Virus record (IMG/VR): IMGVR_UViG_3300045988_054045
DNA: 64,000 nucleotides
From: a virus
Strand: one strand, 5' to 3'
Shown: positions 20,412 to 31,307 of the stretch, in pieces
How positions within the stretch are numbered: position 1 is the first letter of the stretch
Layout: every line of letters starts with the position of its first letter
Notes under the pieces: generated by a model
What the model was told of the DNA's origin: nothing
What the model saw: the letters and a program-made list of their open reading frames with translations, nothing else
Database searches by the model: none
Program-made: the position numbers and the translations under genes

Positions 20412-23400
20412 TTATGTGTATATAGATTTATTACTCTTCAGAACATTCACTGCCAAATCTGGAGCATGACTATCTTTACCTTTCTTCCAAGTTCCTAGAC
20501 GAGTATCTAACGTCTTAACTAAGATTTCATTATAGTAACCATCAGGTATTTCTCCAGATAGATTCTCATACGCATAGGAAGTGACAAATACATCATTAAA
20601 TGTTCTATCAAACGTCCAGGTGCTACCCGTCCAGTCAATCATAGTCTTAACAGATAAGGCTTTCGGCTTTATAGAGTTGAATGTTATACTACCATCTGCA
20701 TTTACTGTATAACCAACACTAGAATCAGCAATATAAATCTTGCCCTTATCTACTCCAGACAATGAATCAGAAGTTATAGTATATGCAGAGTATGCGTTAG
20801 TGTAACAGTTAAGAATGTCAGCATCCTTAGAATAGTCCAAATCATCACCAATAGAAACTACGGTAGACATTGACTGATTCTTATGGATATTAAATATAGG
20901 TAGGTAATTATTTAGCCCTTCTACAGCAGCCATCCATCTTGTCATGTGAGTTTCTATAGGGGTAGTATCACCTCCCAAATAGAAATTTACATCCACATTG
21001 GTACCACCATTCGGAATATTAATATTTATAGTACATAAGGTATCAGAAGCTACATGGTATACATAGTCGAGATTATTTGGACCTACAAAATAAACAGTTC
21101 TGTTTCCTTTCTGAAGTATTAACAGCTGACTTAGTAGGCATCTAACCATCTTATCTACCCTAATGAGGTTTCTACTACTTGTTGAAGTACTTTCAGTACG
21201 TCTAGAAGCAAGATTAACTGGATGATGAACTCCGCTTGTGTCTTTCCATGTCGCAAATAGGAAGTTATCTCCTCCATCAACCTCATTCTTACTACAACTC
21301 CAGCCATTATATGTCCTCCTTGTAGCATTGTACCATAATGAAGCACTGTCTCCATCCTTACCTCCGAATATACCTACAGTACCGTTACCCATGTTTGATA
21401 AGCTAGTTTGGAGTCCTGTATCATCAACTCCAGCACCACTATTTTGACCACTACCTACAGCAGCACCACTGGCAGTTACAGAACAGTTATACTCCATATT
21501 CTTATCACTAGCAAGTACACACCTAAGATTACCATTCTCTTCTCCAAATGAGAATAACTTCTCCTTTTGAGTCAAGTCCATAGATGGCTTATATGCTTGG
21601 TCAAGTACCTCCTGACTAAAGGTTTTGGAAGCTACAGCTCCAGCGTTTGAGTAAATATATCTTGTAGTAGATAGCTGACCTACTAACTGATTATTAGTCC
21701 AAGAGAATCTAGTAGCTATTTTAGATGTAGGGTCTGATATACTGGCAGTTAGAGTAGAATTGTTATTAGTAGTTACTTCTGAATGGTCAAAATCACAAGA
21801 AGACACACTTGGAGTAGTTCCGAAATAGTTATCAACAATTTTAGCATCTGGAACACCAGCATACATCTTCTTATCATAATCATATCCAGCAGCAGGTGTT
21901 ACTTTGACTTCATAAGTTCCAGTTTTACCTACCTCATATTTATAGTTTGATACGTCTGTATCTAATGAGGGCACTTCTGAAATAAATTGGGATGTATTTA
22001 CCCTTGTAATAGAAGAGTGTGATGTAGCTGTTCCTGCCTTCAATGTTAAAGAAGGAGTTCCTACCTTTTTCACTAATGAATTTACTTCACTCTTAACTTC
22101 TAGCAATACCTTCTGCCTTGCACTTCCACTAGGTAAACCAGTATTGAAGTCTGGCACTTCTTCGTAAAACTCATTGAAATAACCTCCAGTGTAAACTAGT
22201 TTATATCCTACAGTTTTTTTAACACCAGCCACATATCTATCAATTCTGACTATATAAATCCAATTCTTCTGTATTGTACTATCATCAAATGGAATGATTT
22301 CTTCGAAACTTCCATTATAATACTCTTTAGAAATTGCATATTTATAGGCACCATTTAAGTTAGCGGCATCTTTTGCATTAGCTGAATCAGTAAGACTTAT
22401 AAATGTAAACTCTATCTTTTCTATATCAGAATCCTCATTAAGGTTGTAATAGTCATATCCCCAACCTATCTTTAGATACGTATCAGTAACATAAAAACGC
22501 CACTCTCCTAATACTTCCGAATTAGTTCTAATGGCGTCAAAGTCAATAGTGCCACTTTTAGCCATCCTTTCAAGAACTCCATAAGGGCAAGCTGGCATAA
22601 TCTTGTATTGAGTTTTGCCTGTTTTACCACTCTTAACAATAGTAGATTGAACAGAGGAAGAATCAGCTTCAATTAATCCTACTTCATCTGGATTGTTTTT
22701 AGTCGTCCCTTTGAACACTCCAGTAGTTTCTCCAGAAAATTCTACACTAATAACCTTTGATTCATCATTACATGAATACTTTCTAATGAGGTTAAATGTA
22801 TCGAAAGTCTTTAGTTCAACTACTAATATTAAAGCTCCAGATGACTTAGCACTAAATACCTGTACTAACTCTTTGGATTTTATAACATCCACCATAGGGG
22901 TGTTACTATTCTCATAAATCCATAGACCATTCTTATATATCTTTAGATTCTTCTCATCTATATAATCAATGCTTCCACTACTATTTATAACACCCAATCT
23001 AAGTTTAATTACTCCCTTATTAATAGCTCCTTTAATAGCCGAGTCTATCGCATTAGTAACTATTACAAATCTATCTCCTGGATGAAATATCTTAACTTCA
23101 TCAGAGTTATTAACTTGGAATAGTTTTTGTTTCTGGTATTCTAACTCTATATAAGGAACACTTCCCTTCATCGTTATAAAATCAGAAAATTCAACTTCAA
23201 TCGGAGTAACGTTTAAATCCTCTCCCTCATATAATTGCTGGGGAGATGGGAATGAGCCTATTTGACTCTTACCTGTAATTGGGTTATGAGCTGCAACGTA
23301 AATAATACCTCCATGTTCCTTCATTCCTACAGGTACATATCCTTTATCAAGATAAGCTGTATGAACTTCTCCATTTCCCATATCATTCTGTAACACAAAC

Positions 23401-23525
23401 TCATTACCATTATATGTTATTATAGTACCATTTAAGCAGTTTGTTAATACATTGCTGGGAGTGGTTAATGGGTGTAAATCCATTATTAAACCCTCACCAA
23501 AGGTATTAATTGCTTCTTTTCTCAT
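20412..23525 (-). CDS. Large tail structural protein (1037 aa), function unknown
   Basis: Uninterrupted 3.1-kb ORF whose stop lies 1 nt from the next start. Beta-rich, Ser/Thr/Asn-rich composition typical of tail or baseplate-like proteins. Confidence 0.6.
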   Translation of the reverse strand: MRKEAINTFGEGLIMDLHPLTTPSNVLTNCLNGTIITYNGNEFVLQNDMGNGEVHTAYLDKGYVPVGMKEHGGIIYVAAHNPITGKSQIGSFPSPQQLYEGEDLNVTPIEVEFSDFITMKGSVPYIELEYQKQKLFQVNNSDEVKIFHPGDRFVIVTNAIDSAIKGAINKGVIKLRLGVINSSGSIDYIDEKNLKIYKNGLWIYENSNTPMVDVIKSKELVQVFSAKSSGALILVVELKTFDTFNLIRKYSCNDESKVISVEFSGETTGVFKGTTKNNPDEVGLIEADSSSVQSTIVKSGKTGKTQYKIMPACPYGVLERMAKSGTIDFDAIRTNSEVLGEWRFYVTDTYLKIGWGYDYYNLNEDSDIEKIEFTFISLTDSANAKDAANLNGAYKYAISKEYYNGSFEEIIPFDDSTIQKNWIYIVRIDRYVAGVKKTVGYKLVYTGGYFNEFYEEVPDFNTGLPSGSARQKVLLEVKSEVNSLVKKVGTPSLTLKAGTATSHSSITRVNTSQFISEVPSLDTDVSNYKYEVGKTGTYEVKVTPAAGYDYDKKMYAGVPDAKIVDNYFGTTPSVSSCDFDHSEVTTNNNSTLTASISDPTSKIATRFSWTNNQLVGQLSTTRYIYSNAGAVASKTFSQEVLDQAYKPSMDLTQKEKLFSFGEENGNLRCVLASDKNMEYNCSVTASGAAVGSGQNSGAGVDDTGLQTSLSNMGNGTVGIFGGKDGDSASLWYNATRRTYNGWSCSKNEVDGGDNFLFATWKDTSGVHHPVNLASRRTESTSTSSRNLIRVDKMVRCLLSQLLILQKGNRTVYFVGPNNLDYVYHVASDTLCTININIPNGGTNVDVNFYLGGDTTPIETHMTRWMAAVEGLNNYLPIFNIHKNQSMSTVVSIGDDLDYSKDADILNCYTNAYSAYTITSDSLSGVDKGKIYIADSSVGYTVNADGSITFNSIKPKALSVKTMIDWTGSTWTFDRTFNDVFVTSYAYENLSGEIPDGYYNEILVKTLDTRLGTWKKGKDSHAPDLAVNVLKSNKSIYT

Positions 23526-24108
23526 ATTTTATAAGTTCATAGTTGTTACTACTAATAAGTATGTCCTTGAACGTACTTGGATTATCTCTCACTAATGCAA
23601 TTTCTAAATCATTGCATTTCATTTTATCTTTAAAGAATGTATATCCCATATCCGTAACATATCTAAACCTTACAATGTATTTAGACCAACTATAGAACAC
23701 CTTAGCCTCATCAAAGACCTTCATTCCAAGTTTATTATAGAATGTGAAATTCTTCTTCTTTCTTCCTCTTCCAGTGGTTGACTTAATAACAGAAGCATAT
23801 TCTTCCTCAGTCAATCCTATATAATAGTATCCGTCCCACTCTGTAACTTTCTTAGAGTATAATACTCTTAGCTTTCTTCTTAACATTCTTCTATAATAAT
23901 TATAGTGTTTTATAGAATCACGTGTAAGCTGTCCACAGTAGAACCAGTATCTATACTTAGTACTACTAATAAGAGTATCACATCCTCTAAGATTGTAATA
24001 GTATAGCATTCTCCATCCATACTCAACAGCTCGTTTAACATCTTCTGGAGGTACAGTGGGAAATTGGGCTATTAGGTCGGGTAAATAATCATTGACACGT
24101 TTAAGCAT
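23506..24108 (-). CDS. Hypothetical basic protein (head-tail module)
   Basis: 200-aa ORF rich in Lys/Arg/Tyr, with start and stop overlapping its neighbours. In crAss-like modules this position is occupied by HU/IHF-fold proteins, but I cannot verify that fold by eye. Confidence 0.5.
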   Translation of the reverse strand: MLKRVNDYLPDLIAQFPTVPPEDVKRAVEYGWRMLYYYNLRGCDTLISSTKYRYWFYCGQLTRDSIKHYNYYRRMLRRKLRVLYSKKVTEWDGYYYIGLTEEEYASVIKSTTGRGRKKKNFTFYNKLGMKVFDEAKVFYSWSKYIVRFRYVTDMGYTFFKDKMKCNDLEIALVRDNPSTFKDILISSNNYELIKYEKRSN

Positions 24109-24566
24109 TAATAATATTGTTTACCTTGATTAGTATATTCTAACACTCTATCTCTATGCTCAGGGTCAAGATATATTAGTTTTTCTCTCATAACCCCCTT
24201 AGATTGGAAGTGAAATACCATCTGGTATGCACAGAAATTAGATGCTAGGAAATCTACTTTAGCCCACTTACCATTTCTTCTTGCCTTAGAGAACTCATCC
24301 CTTTCAAATCTCTTCATTTTTAGTTCAGCTCTCTTAGACCGAGTTGGGAGAATAAATGTAGCATTATTTTCAATTATATCTTCTAAAACCATATTTAAGG
24401 CACTCTTAAATATCTTCTTAGCGATAACTTCCTTGTGCCTATTACCTATTAATTCCTCACACGCCTTTGATGTCATCTTCATCTTCTTAGTAGGAAATGA
24501 GATAAACAATTCGTCTATATTCATGGCGTATCCTGTAGCATAATTCATTACTTTCCAAATTTCCAA
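24108..24566 (-). CDS. Hypothetical protein (head-tail module; weak HU/IHF-like pattern, unverified)
   Basis: 152-aa ORF. The segment KEVIAKKIFKSALNMVLEDIIENNATFILP only loosely resembles HU-family helix-arm organisation. Confidence 0.45.
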   Translation of the reverse strand: MEIWKVMNYATGYAMNIDELFISFPTKKMKMTSKACEELIGNRHKEVIAKKIFKSALNMVLEDIIENNATFILPTRSKRAELKMKRFERDEFSKARRNGKWAKVDFLASNFCAYQMVFHFQSKGVMREKLIYLDPEHRDRVLEYTNQGKQYY

Positions 24567-25237
24567 GTTTTGTTAAATATCTTCCTATTCCAGCTAGTCT
24601 TAGCATCTAGGATTTCATTCATATCATTCTGATTAATATACATTGGAACTCTAGCAGCATCACATAGTTTATACCATCTTTGCTCAAGAAGTTGTGCCTC
24701 CTGTAGCATATTCTGGCTATGTGTAATCCACCCCTCTTTAAATCTCTTAGTGTAAGCACAATAGCAAGCTATTGCATCTTTCTCTTTTTCATTTAAATAG
24801 GGAAGACCATCATCGTCTAGTAGTATTCCCTTATATAGTATATTGACAGAGCCGTAGTCCTTATCAAAATAAAGAGTATCATTTACTCTTTCATACTTTG
24901 CCAACTTACCACTAATATATAAAGGATTACTATATAGCTTCCGCCCCTCTATATAGTTCTCAATAAATTGTGATTGGTAATCTCCATTAACTGTATCATT
25001 AGTAGTATATTTCCAATCCTCAAAATCATATGTTACAGCCTCTACAAAGTCACAATTACAAGGTAGAGTAACAGTAAGTGTCTCGCAATCTATCTTACAT
25101 CTATATCTATATAATTTAGTTTGTCTATTACCTATTTTATTCCAGGCAATCAGACCTATTTCTTCGAACTCTTCTGGAGCTAATTCTATTCCATATAATA
25201 GGTTAGCCTGAGCGTATGCTGATTGAAAGTTTTCCAT
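24548..25237 (-). CDS. Hypothetical protein (head-tail connector region)
   Basis: 229-aa ORF with overlapping start and stop, and a Cys cluster CKIDCETLTVTLPCNCDF. Confidence 0.55.
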   Translation of the reverse strand: MENFQSAYAQANLLYGIELAPEEFEEIGLIAWNKIGNRQTKLYRYRCKIDCETLTVTLPCNCDFVEAVTYDFEDWKYTTNDTVNGDYQSQFIENYIEGRKLYSNPLYISGKLAKYERVNDTLYFDKDYGSVNILYKGILLDDDGLPYLNEKEKDAIACYCAYTKRFKEGWITHSQNMLQEAQLLEQRWYKLCDAARVPMYINQNDMNEILDAKTSWNRKIFNKTWKFGK

Positions 25238-25911
25238 TATTTAGGAGTTTGGTCATTAGGTAATATTGGAGCAGCTAACTGTCTGTAATAACGTAGCTTC
25301 TTCTCTGTCAATCTCTTCTTTATTTCTGCATCAATGAAAGTCATATTATTAATGTCTAATGCTGAACAACATCCGTATGTTTGTAACTGTCTTGGGTCTT
25401 TAAATATACCGACTACAGATACTTGCTTAATAACAGGAAGATTGAATATCCAGCAGTCATACATATTGTTAGCATTTGGAGTTACATCCACATATACATA
25501 AGGCTTGTTCTTAGCCCTCTTCCTATATTTATGATACTGCATCACAGTAGGACTTACATACCATATAAATGGCTGACCTTTATCCACAGAACCAATATAT
25601 TCAATTCCACCATCAAATTCGGTTATTAGTTGTGGTATTTCAAAATGGAATGTAGGAGTACCATCCGCCTTATTTCCACACGTACAGTTCTCTATATCCT
25701 TACAATCAACGTTTATACAGTTTATAGACATTAATAAATCCCTTTTAGGAATAAGTCCCTTCATGGAATATTCCTTAATGATTTGAAGTCTTTCATCTAC
25801 AATGTCATCTTCTAATTGTTCTATTGATAATGTATTGGAAGTGGTATATCCTCTAAGTCCAGATACTATATCGTTATAGATTGCAGATGCTAATTTAAAA
25901 TAATATCCCAT
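25237..25911 (-). CDS. Hypothetical protein (head-tail connector region)
   Basis: 224-aa ORF with a Cys cluster CINVDCKDIENCTCGN. Its ATG at 25909-25911 directly abuts the U-tract of the upstream terminator. Confidence 0.55.
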   Translation of the reverse strand: MGYYFKLASAIYNDIVSGLRGYTTSNTLSIEQLEDDIVDERLQIIKEYSMKGLIPKRDLLMSINCINVDCKDIENCTCGNKADGTPTFHFEIPQLITEFDGGIEYIGSVDKGQPFIWYVSPTVMQYHKYRKRAKNKPYVYVDVTPNANNMYDCWIFNLPVIKQVSVVGIFKDPRQLQTYGCCSALDINNMTFIDAEIKKRLTEKKLRYYRQLAAPILPNDQTPK

Positions 25912-25955
25912 AAATACAAAATAAAAAAGGCGAAGGCTTAATTTGCCCTCGCCTT
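25912..25955 (-). terminator. Rho-independent terminator/attenuator after the 290-aa structural gene
   Basis: - strand RNA: AAGGCGAGGGC / GCCTTCGCCTT (11 bp, one G-U), loop AAATTAA, then UUUUUUAUUUUGUAUUU running into the next ATG. Confidence 0.75.
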
Positions 25956-25972
25956 CGTATTAGTAGTCTATA

Positions 25973-26845
25973 TTAAGCTACTGGAGCGTTCTCTGCACCT
26001 GGTTTCTTGATTTCTGTAATAGTACCAAGAACTTTCAGAGCAGTCTCAAATCCAGTTGCTAATGAATCTAGTACATAGAATACGTGAGTAGTCTTTGATG
26101 TTACTTGCTGACCTACAGCTGCACCACCGAATAGACCTCTATCAACCTTATACTCAATGATGTACTGGTTGTACTTAGCTCCTGGAACAGGAAGCTCTTC
26201 TTGATTAACAGCCTCGAACTTTCTAGCTTCGATAGTAGGTAATCTAAGGTCTTTTAGGATATGAGTATAAGTACCGAATCCTTCTACACTCTTAGTGATT
26301 GTACCTTCAATAACATCCTCAAATACTTCATTAGTAAGTGGGTTGTTAGCTGCTGTGTTAAGTTTTTGAATCTTAGCTTCAGTGAATAGTTGATACTCGT
26401 CGACTCCATGAATTGTTAGTTTAGCGTCAGATGTCTCAACTTTAATATACTTGTCGCCATAGAAAGCCTGAATCTTGTCAATAACCCTCTTAATTTCCTT
26501 TGCTACATCAGCAGCTTCTGTGCTTGCAGAAGTAATTCTGAACTCATAAACAAAAGGCTTACCTTTGAATACGAAGTCATTAGCATAGTAAGAGTTTTGG
26601 CTTCCAGATAATCTCATGTATAACTTCAACCTATAGATGCCTACGCCTGGGTTAGTAATAGTAAACTCTGCCTTACCAATCACTGGGTCAGAAGCAGCTC
26701 TCTTGTACATTGCGCTTACATTGCTCTTTAGGTACTTGTTAACACGTCTAACTTCAACGTAGTCAGAACCTTTAACAATCTTATCTAAACCAGTGGTTAC
26801 ATCTTTCAGTGAGTTTAATACAATAGTGTTAGTGTACTGAAACAT
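25973..26845 (-). CDS. Abundant virion protein (possible auxiliary/decoration capsid protein)
   Basis: 290-aa ORF with codon usage like the putative MCP (ggt/gct/tct/aac-rich). It is followed by the strongest terminator in the window. No motif-level assignment. Confidence 0.5.
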   Translation of the reverse strand: MFQYTNTIVLNSLKDVTTGLDKIVKGSDYVEVRRVNKYLKSNVSAMYKRAASDPVIGKAEFTITNPGVGIYRLKLYMRLSGSQNSYYANDFVFKGKPFVYEFRITSASTEAADVAKEIKRVIDKIQAFYGDKYIKVETSDAKLTIHGVDEYQLFTEAKIQKLNTAANNPLTNEVFEDVIEGTITKSVEGFGTYTHILKDLRLPTIEARKFEAVNQEELPVPGAKYNQYIIEYKVDRGLFGGAAVGQQVTSKTTHVFYVLDSLATGFETALKVLGTITEIKKPGAENAPVA

Positions 26846-26852
26846 AAATTAA

Positions 26853-27803
26853 TTAATTTTTTGATTGTGACTGTTGCTGAACTGGATTTGCAATAGTCTG
26901 ATTAACTGCTAAATTAGTTTGAAGCCTTGGGTCACCTGCGTTCTCCAATAATAGCTTTGCCAGTTCATTTATAATCTCTTGACACACATAATCTGGAAAC
27001 TCCATGACTTGTGATGTATCTTCAACCATTTCTATCTGGTCTTGTGTAAGTCTAATTTTTTGAGGAGTCTTAATGTAATCAACGAATATATCAGTTAATT
27101 GAAATACAGAAGAATCCTTGCCATACCTAATTTCAAGTCTAACTTGAGATGGATTTCCATACCTATTAACTCCTGGCTGTTCTACTAAATCGACTGATTT
27201 ACCTCCAATAGTAATCTTTGTTGGAAGTGAGCCATCTGTACCAGTAGTTTGTTGAATAGTTGTGTTTGCTGATATACTTCCCTCACCAGCAGTAAGTCTA
27301 ACTGGATTAGTAGGCATCGTTGTAGCACTATTTACGTTGTGTATGAAGTAATAAGGATTTCTATAAGAGGGTTGCATATAGAAGTTCCTTATTATCTGCG
27401 ACCATAAATCTGAGGTTAATCTCTTAGCACCTATTTGTACATAAGTACCAGCATCATAACACTCATAAGTCTTTACTACTTTGAAATTGCATACACAATT
27501 CAAAATATGTAAATAGTCCAGTGGTAGATTTACTTCATAAACAGCACCATACAATGAGTTAGTTTGGGAACTAACAGCAGCGTATGTGTTTGTAGCCAGA
27601 GTAGGCTGGAGGATGGCAGTAGATTTTAAAACTCTAATGTCATCAGTTGATTGTTGATTTACATCATAAATGTTATACTTCTTATTAATGTATTGGTATA
27701 TAGCCTTATTTAATAAGTAGTTAAAGTCCTCAAGTAAAATACTAGGAGCAGCAGTTTTATTCATTTCAACTAGTGCTCCACGGTACACTTGTTTTGCTGT
27801 CAT
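26853..27803 (-). CDS. Hypothetical head-module protein
   Basis: 316-aa ORF, tightly spaced between head genes. Confidence 0.55.
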   Translation of the reverse strand: MTAKQVYRGALVEMNKTAAPSILLEDFNYLLNKAIYQYINKKYNIYDVNQQSTDDIRVLKSTAILQPTLATNTYAAVSSQTNSLYGAVYEVNLPLDYLHILNCVCNFKVVKTYECYDAGTYVQIGAKRLTSDLWSQIIRNFYMQPSYRNPYYFIHNVNSATTMPTNPVRLTAGEGSISANTTIQQTTGTDGSLPTKITIGGKSVDLVEQPGVNRYGNPSQVRLEIRYGKDSSVFQLTDIFVDYIKTPQKIRLTQDQIEMVEDTSQVMEFPDYVCQEIINELAKLLLENAGDPRLQTNLAVNQTIANPVQQQSQSKN

Positions 27804-27813
27804 TTAGGTAATG

Positions 27814-28650
27814 TTATTTCTTTGATGTACCTTCTTCTAAGTACATATCAGGATAAGTATCTCTCTTGATAAGTTCAAGCACCTTACTGTTAGTAGGGTT
27901 CTTCATCCATGTGATAACTGCATCATCAGTTGCACCTAGTACAATGCTATCACCATATAGATAAACCTTGTTCTTAACATATATGACGTTTTTGTCTTTA
28001 GCGTCAATAAACATCAATCTCAGATTAATATCACCACCTGTGTACAGGTCAATAATCTTCTCTGGAGATTTATGTGAAATTTCAAGTAAGTAGTCTGTAA
28101 TGTCTGCGTCTGGTGCATTACGCATATTCTTACCAAGTAATCTAGCTTTAAGTGCTCTACCTTCTGCACCTTTAGGGTCTCCATATATGTAAGAGTCAGC
28201 ATCATGGATAAGTTTCTTCTTAGAAATCCTCTTAGCAGTATCATATCCAGGTCTTTCTACATATAGTTCAGCAGTACCATAACGTGCACGAGCCTTACCT
28301 TCAGCTATTTCTCCGTCAATTAGTAGATTACCTTTAGAATCCCTTGCATCTCTAGATAGAGCAATGAGAGGGCAATGTTGGATTGAGTGCCACTCAGCAG
28401 CTTGCCATTCATCGTTAAGGTTAAATGTAGTTCCATCTTCAATAATGAAGACCTTATTCTCAGGGATTAGGGGTTTGCCTTCATTTCTATCCTTATCAGA
28501 GATAATCATATCACCCTTGCTATCAACTGGTCTAACGCAATCAGGGAATCTACCAGTTTTTGGGTCTCTTACAGGATTCATAAAGTATTTCTGTCCGACT
28601 TTACCGAACACACTTCTCAAAATAATTATATCGTCTAAAACATCAGCCAT
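27814..28650 (-). CDS. Hypothetical head-module protein
   Basis: 278-aa ORF directly downstream of the putative MCP. Confidence 0.55.
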   Translation of the reverse strand: MADVLDDIIILRSVFGKVGQKYFMNPVRDPKTGRFPDCVRPVDSKGDMIISDKDRNEGKPLIPENKVFIIEDGTTFNLNDEWQAAEWHSIQHCPLIALSRDARDSKGNLLIDGEIAEGKARARYGTAELYVERPGYDTAKRISKKKLIHDADSYIYGDPKGAEGRALKARLLGKNMRNAPDADITDYLLEISHKSPEKIIDLYTGGDINLRLMFIDAKDKNVIYVKNKVYLYGDSIVLGATDDAVITWMKNPTNSKVLELIKRDTYPDMYLEEGTSKK

Positions 28651-28752
28651 ATTAATTCTTATTTTTGTTGTATATCATACACTATCTTTATAATGAGTAT
28701 GAGAGGGACTATATTAGCCCCTCCCAACACATCTTGATTTTTATGTTATTTA

Positions 28753-30174
28753 TTAGGCTTCTTTCATAATGAAGCTTCTGTATGGAGAGAATACTCCAAC
28801 ACCAGAATAACCCCAGTTGATAACCTTAGATGCAGCTGTAGTACTTGAAACAATACCAGAGCTTAGACCATCTAGACCACCCACACCTGGGTACTTATTA
28901 GTAATGAAGTCACCACCCTTTAATGTGAACATTTGGATAGCTGGTTCACCACTAGTCTTATCAGCAGTAAGGTCAAGCATTAGACCAAAGCCTTTCTCAG
29001 AACCCCATTCACGAGAGAATGTTCTATCAACCTTGAATGAAATAGTGTTACCACCGATTTCATAGCTATTGAATGTAGCACCAACGTCTACATATCCATT
29101 AGCCTTCTTAGACCATAGATAAGTTCCACAAGTTTTGAATCTAGCAAGCCACTCTGATAGACAGCTCTGAATGTCATTCCACATCTTTTCGTTGCAGATG
29201 AATACGTACTTGTTACCTGTTGGGTTCTCACTCTTTTCATTCATCATAGCCATAGCAGTAGTGAATGCTTCTGGAGTAAGTTTGTTATATACGTACTTAG
29301 ATGCAAATCTCTCGATTTGTGGGATGATACCGTCACCAATATAGATTGGACGACCAGTGTCAGGGTCAGAGATTGTTGGTTTACCGTTCTTATCTACGTT
29401 AGTCTTATTGAATAATAGACCTTGATTACGAACTTCCAAGAAGTTTCTTAATAGATTCTTCTCAAGAGTATCCATCTTATACATTGTCTCTTTTACAGCA
29501 CCATTACCTTCACCCTTACCAATGCTGATGAATGTTTGCTCAAGTGGCTTGAATAGAGAAGTATAGCTATCATCAACACGGTGTGTAGTGATGTAACCTC
29601 TGTGTCTTTCAATGTTAGATTGATACTTAACATATCCCTCTTCATGTGCTTCAGGCATAGCGTTAGATTGGAAACGAGTAGTGTCACCAATTTGGCATCC
29701 GTCTAAGTCTAGGATTGAAGAATAGTCGTTATCAATTAGTCTTACCTCAACTGTCCAATAGTTATCTGCAACTCTTGTAGGTCTGGAGATAACTTGGCAT
29801 TGCTGCATAGTCTTGTCAATCTTGAAAATGTCATACTTCTGGTAATAGTTCTCTTTGAACGCCATTACGATGGTTGTACCACCTTCACCATTAGTTGCTG
29901 GAACATCTGCGAACTCAACTCTCTTAATGTAGTTAGTTTCAACTTCCCACTCGAAGTACATACTATCAATGCTTCTGTACTTGCTATTTGATTTAGAATC
30001 CATGTAGAAGATATTTCTTAGAGATTCTGTTAAGTAAGAAGCAGTTAAGTTAGGGTAGAGTCTTGAAACTATACCAAGTCTAGTTGGTTTTGTGCCTAAG
30101 AACTTATAGAAATCTTCATAAGTTCTAGTTTCGCTCATTGTAGGGCGATTGGTTACGAAATTTGCTACTATCAT
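28753..30174 (-). CDS. Putative major capsid protein
   Basis: 473 aa, about the size expected for crAss-like MCPs. It lies immediately downstream of an acidic coiled-coil scaffold-like gene under a consensus promoter, and has highly-expressed-style codon usage. No sequence motif is diagnostic by eye. Confidence 0.5.
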   Translation of the reverse strand: MIVANFVTNRPTMSETRTYEDFYKFLGTKPTRLGIVSRLYPNLTASYLTESLRNIFYMDSKSNSKYRSIDSMYFEWEVETNYIKRVEFADVPATNGEGGTTIVMAFKENYYQKYDIFKIDKTMQQCQVISRPTRVADNYWTVEVRLIDNDYSSILDLDGCQIGDTTRFQSNAMPEAHEEGYVKYQSNIERHRGYITTHRVDDSYTSLFKPLEQTFISIGKGEGNGAVKETMYKMDTLEKNLLRNFLEVRNQGLLFNKTNVDKNGKPTISDPDTGRPIYIGDGIIPQIERFASKYVYNKLTPEAFTTAMAMMNEKSENPTGNKYVFICNEKMWNDIQSCLSEWLARFKTCGTYLWSKKANGYVDVGATFNSYEIGGNTISFKVDRTFSREWGSEKGFGLMLDLTADKTSGEPAIQMFTLKGGDFITNKYPGVGGLDGLSSGIVSSTTAASKVINWGYSGVGVFSPYRSFIMKEA

Positions 30175-30191
30175 ACTTTATAATTTAAATT

Positions 30192-31283
30192 TTAATCTAA
30201 ATCATCGATTGTTAATACTTTTTTAGCAGGAGCAGCTTTACCACCTGCTGGTTTCTTGACTACTGTCTTAGCTGCATTAGGGGCTTTACCACCCTTAGCA
30301 TCTTCAAATCCCTTATTATAATTGTATTTGGATGCTTCTGTAATCTTCTGTTTGTAATAATCAGTAATTTGACTAAATGCCTCTTGTCCCTTCAGTGCAT
30401 ACCAAACCATTCCCACTAAGGTTTTAGGGTCATTCAACGCTTTAGCGATGTGTCTCACTCCTGTAACATCTGAATCTAAGATAAAGCTAGCAATTTCATT
30501 CATATCGTCCTCAGACAAGGTTAGTGAGGACTCACCCAAATCAATGGTATCATTCTCTTGAATTGCAGCTACAATAGTATCTTCGAACTCTTGAGCAGCT
30601 TTTTCAGCAGCTAATCTTTGTTCTTCTTCCTCTTGTTGAGCTAGCAACTCTTCTTTCTTCTTATATTCGTTGCGGATACCTTGAACCTTTTTCTGATATA
30701 GAGTCTCATTCTGCTTAGCTAATTCTAACTCAGCAGCAGCATCTTCATCAGTAAGTTCTGGGATTTTAGCTTTTAAATCTATAAGATACAGTTCATCATC
30801 TGGAATAGAATCAACCTCATACACAGGAGTGTCTTCTTGGTTATTAGCTAAGTAGTCTTGAATGGCTTGCTGAGCAATATATTTCTTATATTCCTCTACG
30901 TTTAGATTATTTTCTCTAAGCTCATTAATAAGAGAAATCTCATCCTCTCCTAACCCATAATCGTCGTTTGACTCATTATAGTTTAGGATTTGTAATTGTT
31001 CCTCTCTTGAAAGCTCATCAAAACTCTTTTCCTCAATCTCTCCTGCCTCGTTCTCAAACTTGATTGCTTTAGGATTGATTCCTTTATCTTTTAGTAGACT
31101 AGAAATGAGGTCATCATCCTCTGGCTCGTCTGAAGGTTCACCATTATCAGGCTCTGGGTCTTGAGGTACAGAACCATCAAGCCAGGGCTTTTCATAGGTC
31201 TCTTCATCGAACTCTTCTTGAGGGGTTACGTCTTCGTCTAATCCTACATCGTCAATGTCTAAATCCTCTAATTTCATACTCAT
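30192..31283 (-). CDS. Acidic coiled-coil protein (scaffold-like)
   Basis: Very Asp/Glu-rich with heptad-like stretches (QKKVQGIRNEYKKKEELLAQQEEEEQRLAAEKAAQEFE). I place the start at the ATG at 31281-31283 (MSMKLEDLD), because the track's upstream extension runs through the promoter and inverted-repeat region. Confidence 0.55.
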   Translation of the reverse strand: MSMKLEDLDIDDVGLDEDVTPQEEFDEETYEKPWLDGSVPQDPEPDNGEPSDEPEDDDLISSLLKDKGINPKAIKFENEAGEIEEKSFDELSREEQLQILNYNESNDDYGLGEDEISLINELRENNLNVEEYKKYIAQQAIQDYLANNQEDTPVYEVDSIPDDELYLIDLKAKIPELTDEDAAAELELAKQNETLYQKKVQGIRNEYKKKEELLAQQEEEEQRLAAEKAAQEFEDTIVAAIQENDTIDLGESSLTLSEDDMNEIASFILDSDVTGVRHIAKALNDPKTLVGMVWYALKGQEAFSQITDYYKQKITEASKYNYNKGFEDAKGGKAPNAAKTVVKKPAGGKAAPAKKVLTIDDLD

Positions 31284-31307
31284 ATTATTCCCTTTTAAAG
31301 TTATTTG

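Noticed and set aside
21155-21447. Possible second VR or hypervariable patch in the 1037-aa tail protein (GDSASLWYNATRRTYNGWSCS vaguely recalls the TR-encoded GSNASLSYFNSNNG). The region also shows ORFs on both strands.
   Set aside because: A nucleotide alignment to the TR cannot be made with adenine-only differences, and similarity is limited to a few residues. It is also internal to the gene rather than C-terminal.
28651-28752. Terminator or promoter between the putative MCP and the next gene
   Set aside because: Only a 5-bp GAGGG/CCCTC stem with an 11-nt loop and no U-tract, and no TAnnTTTG box. This is too weak to call.
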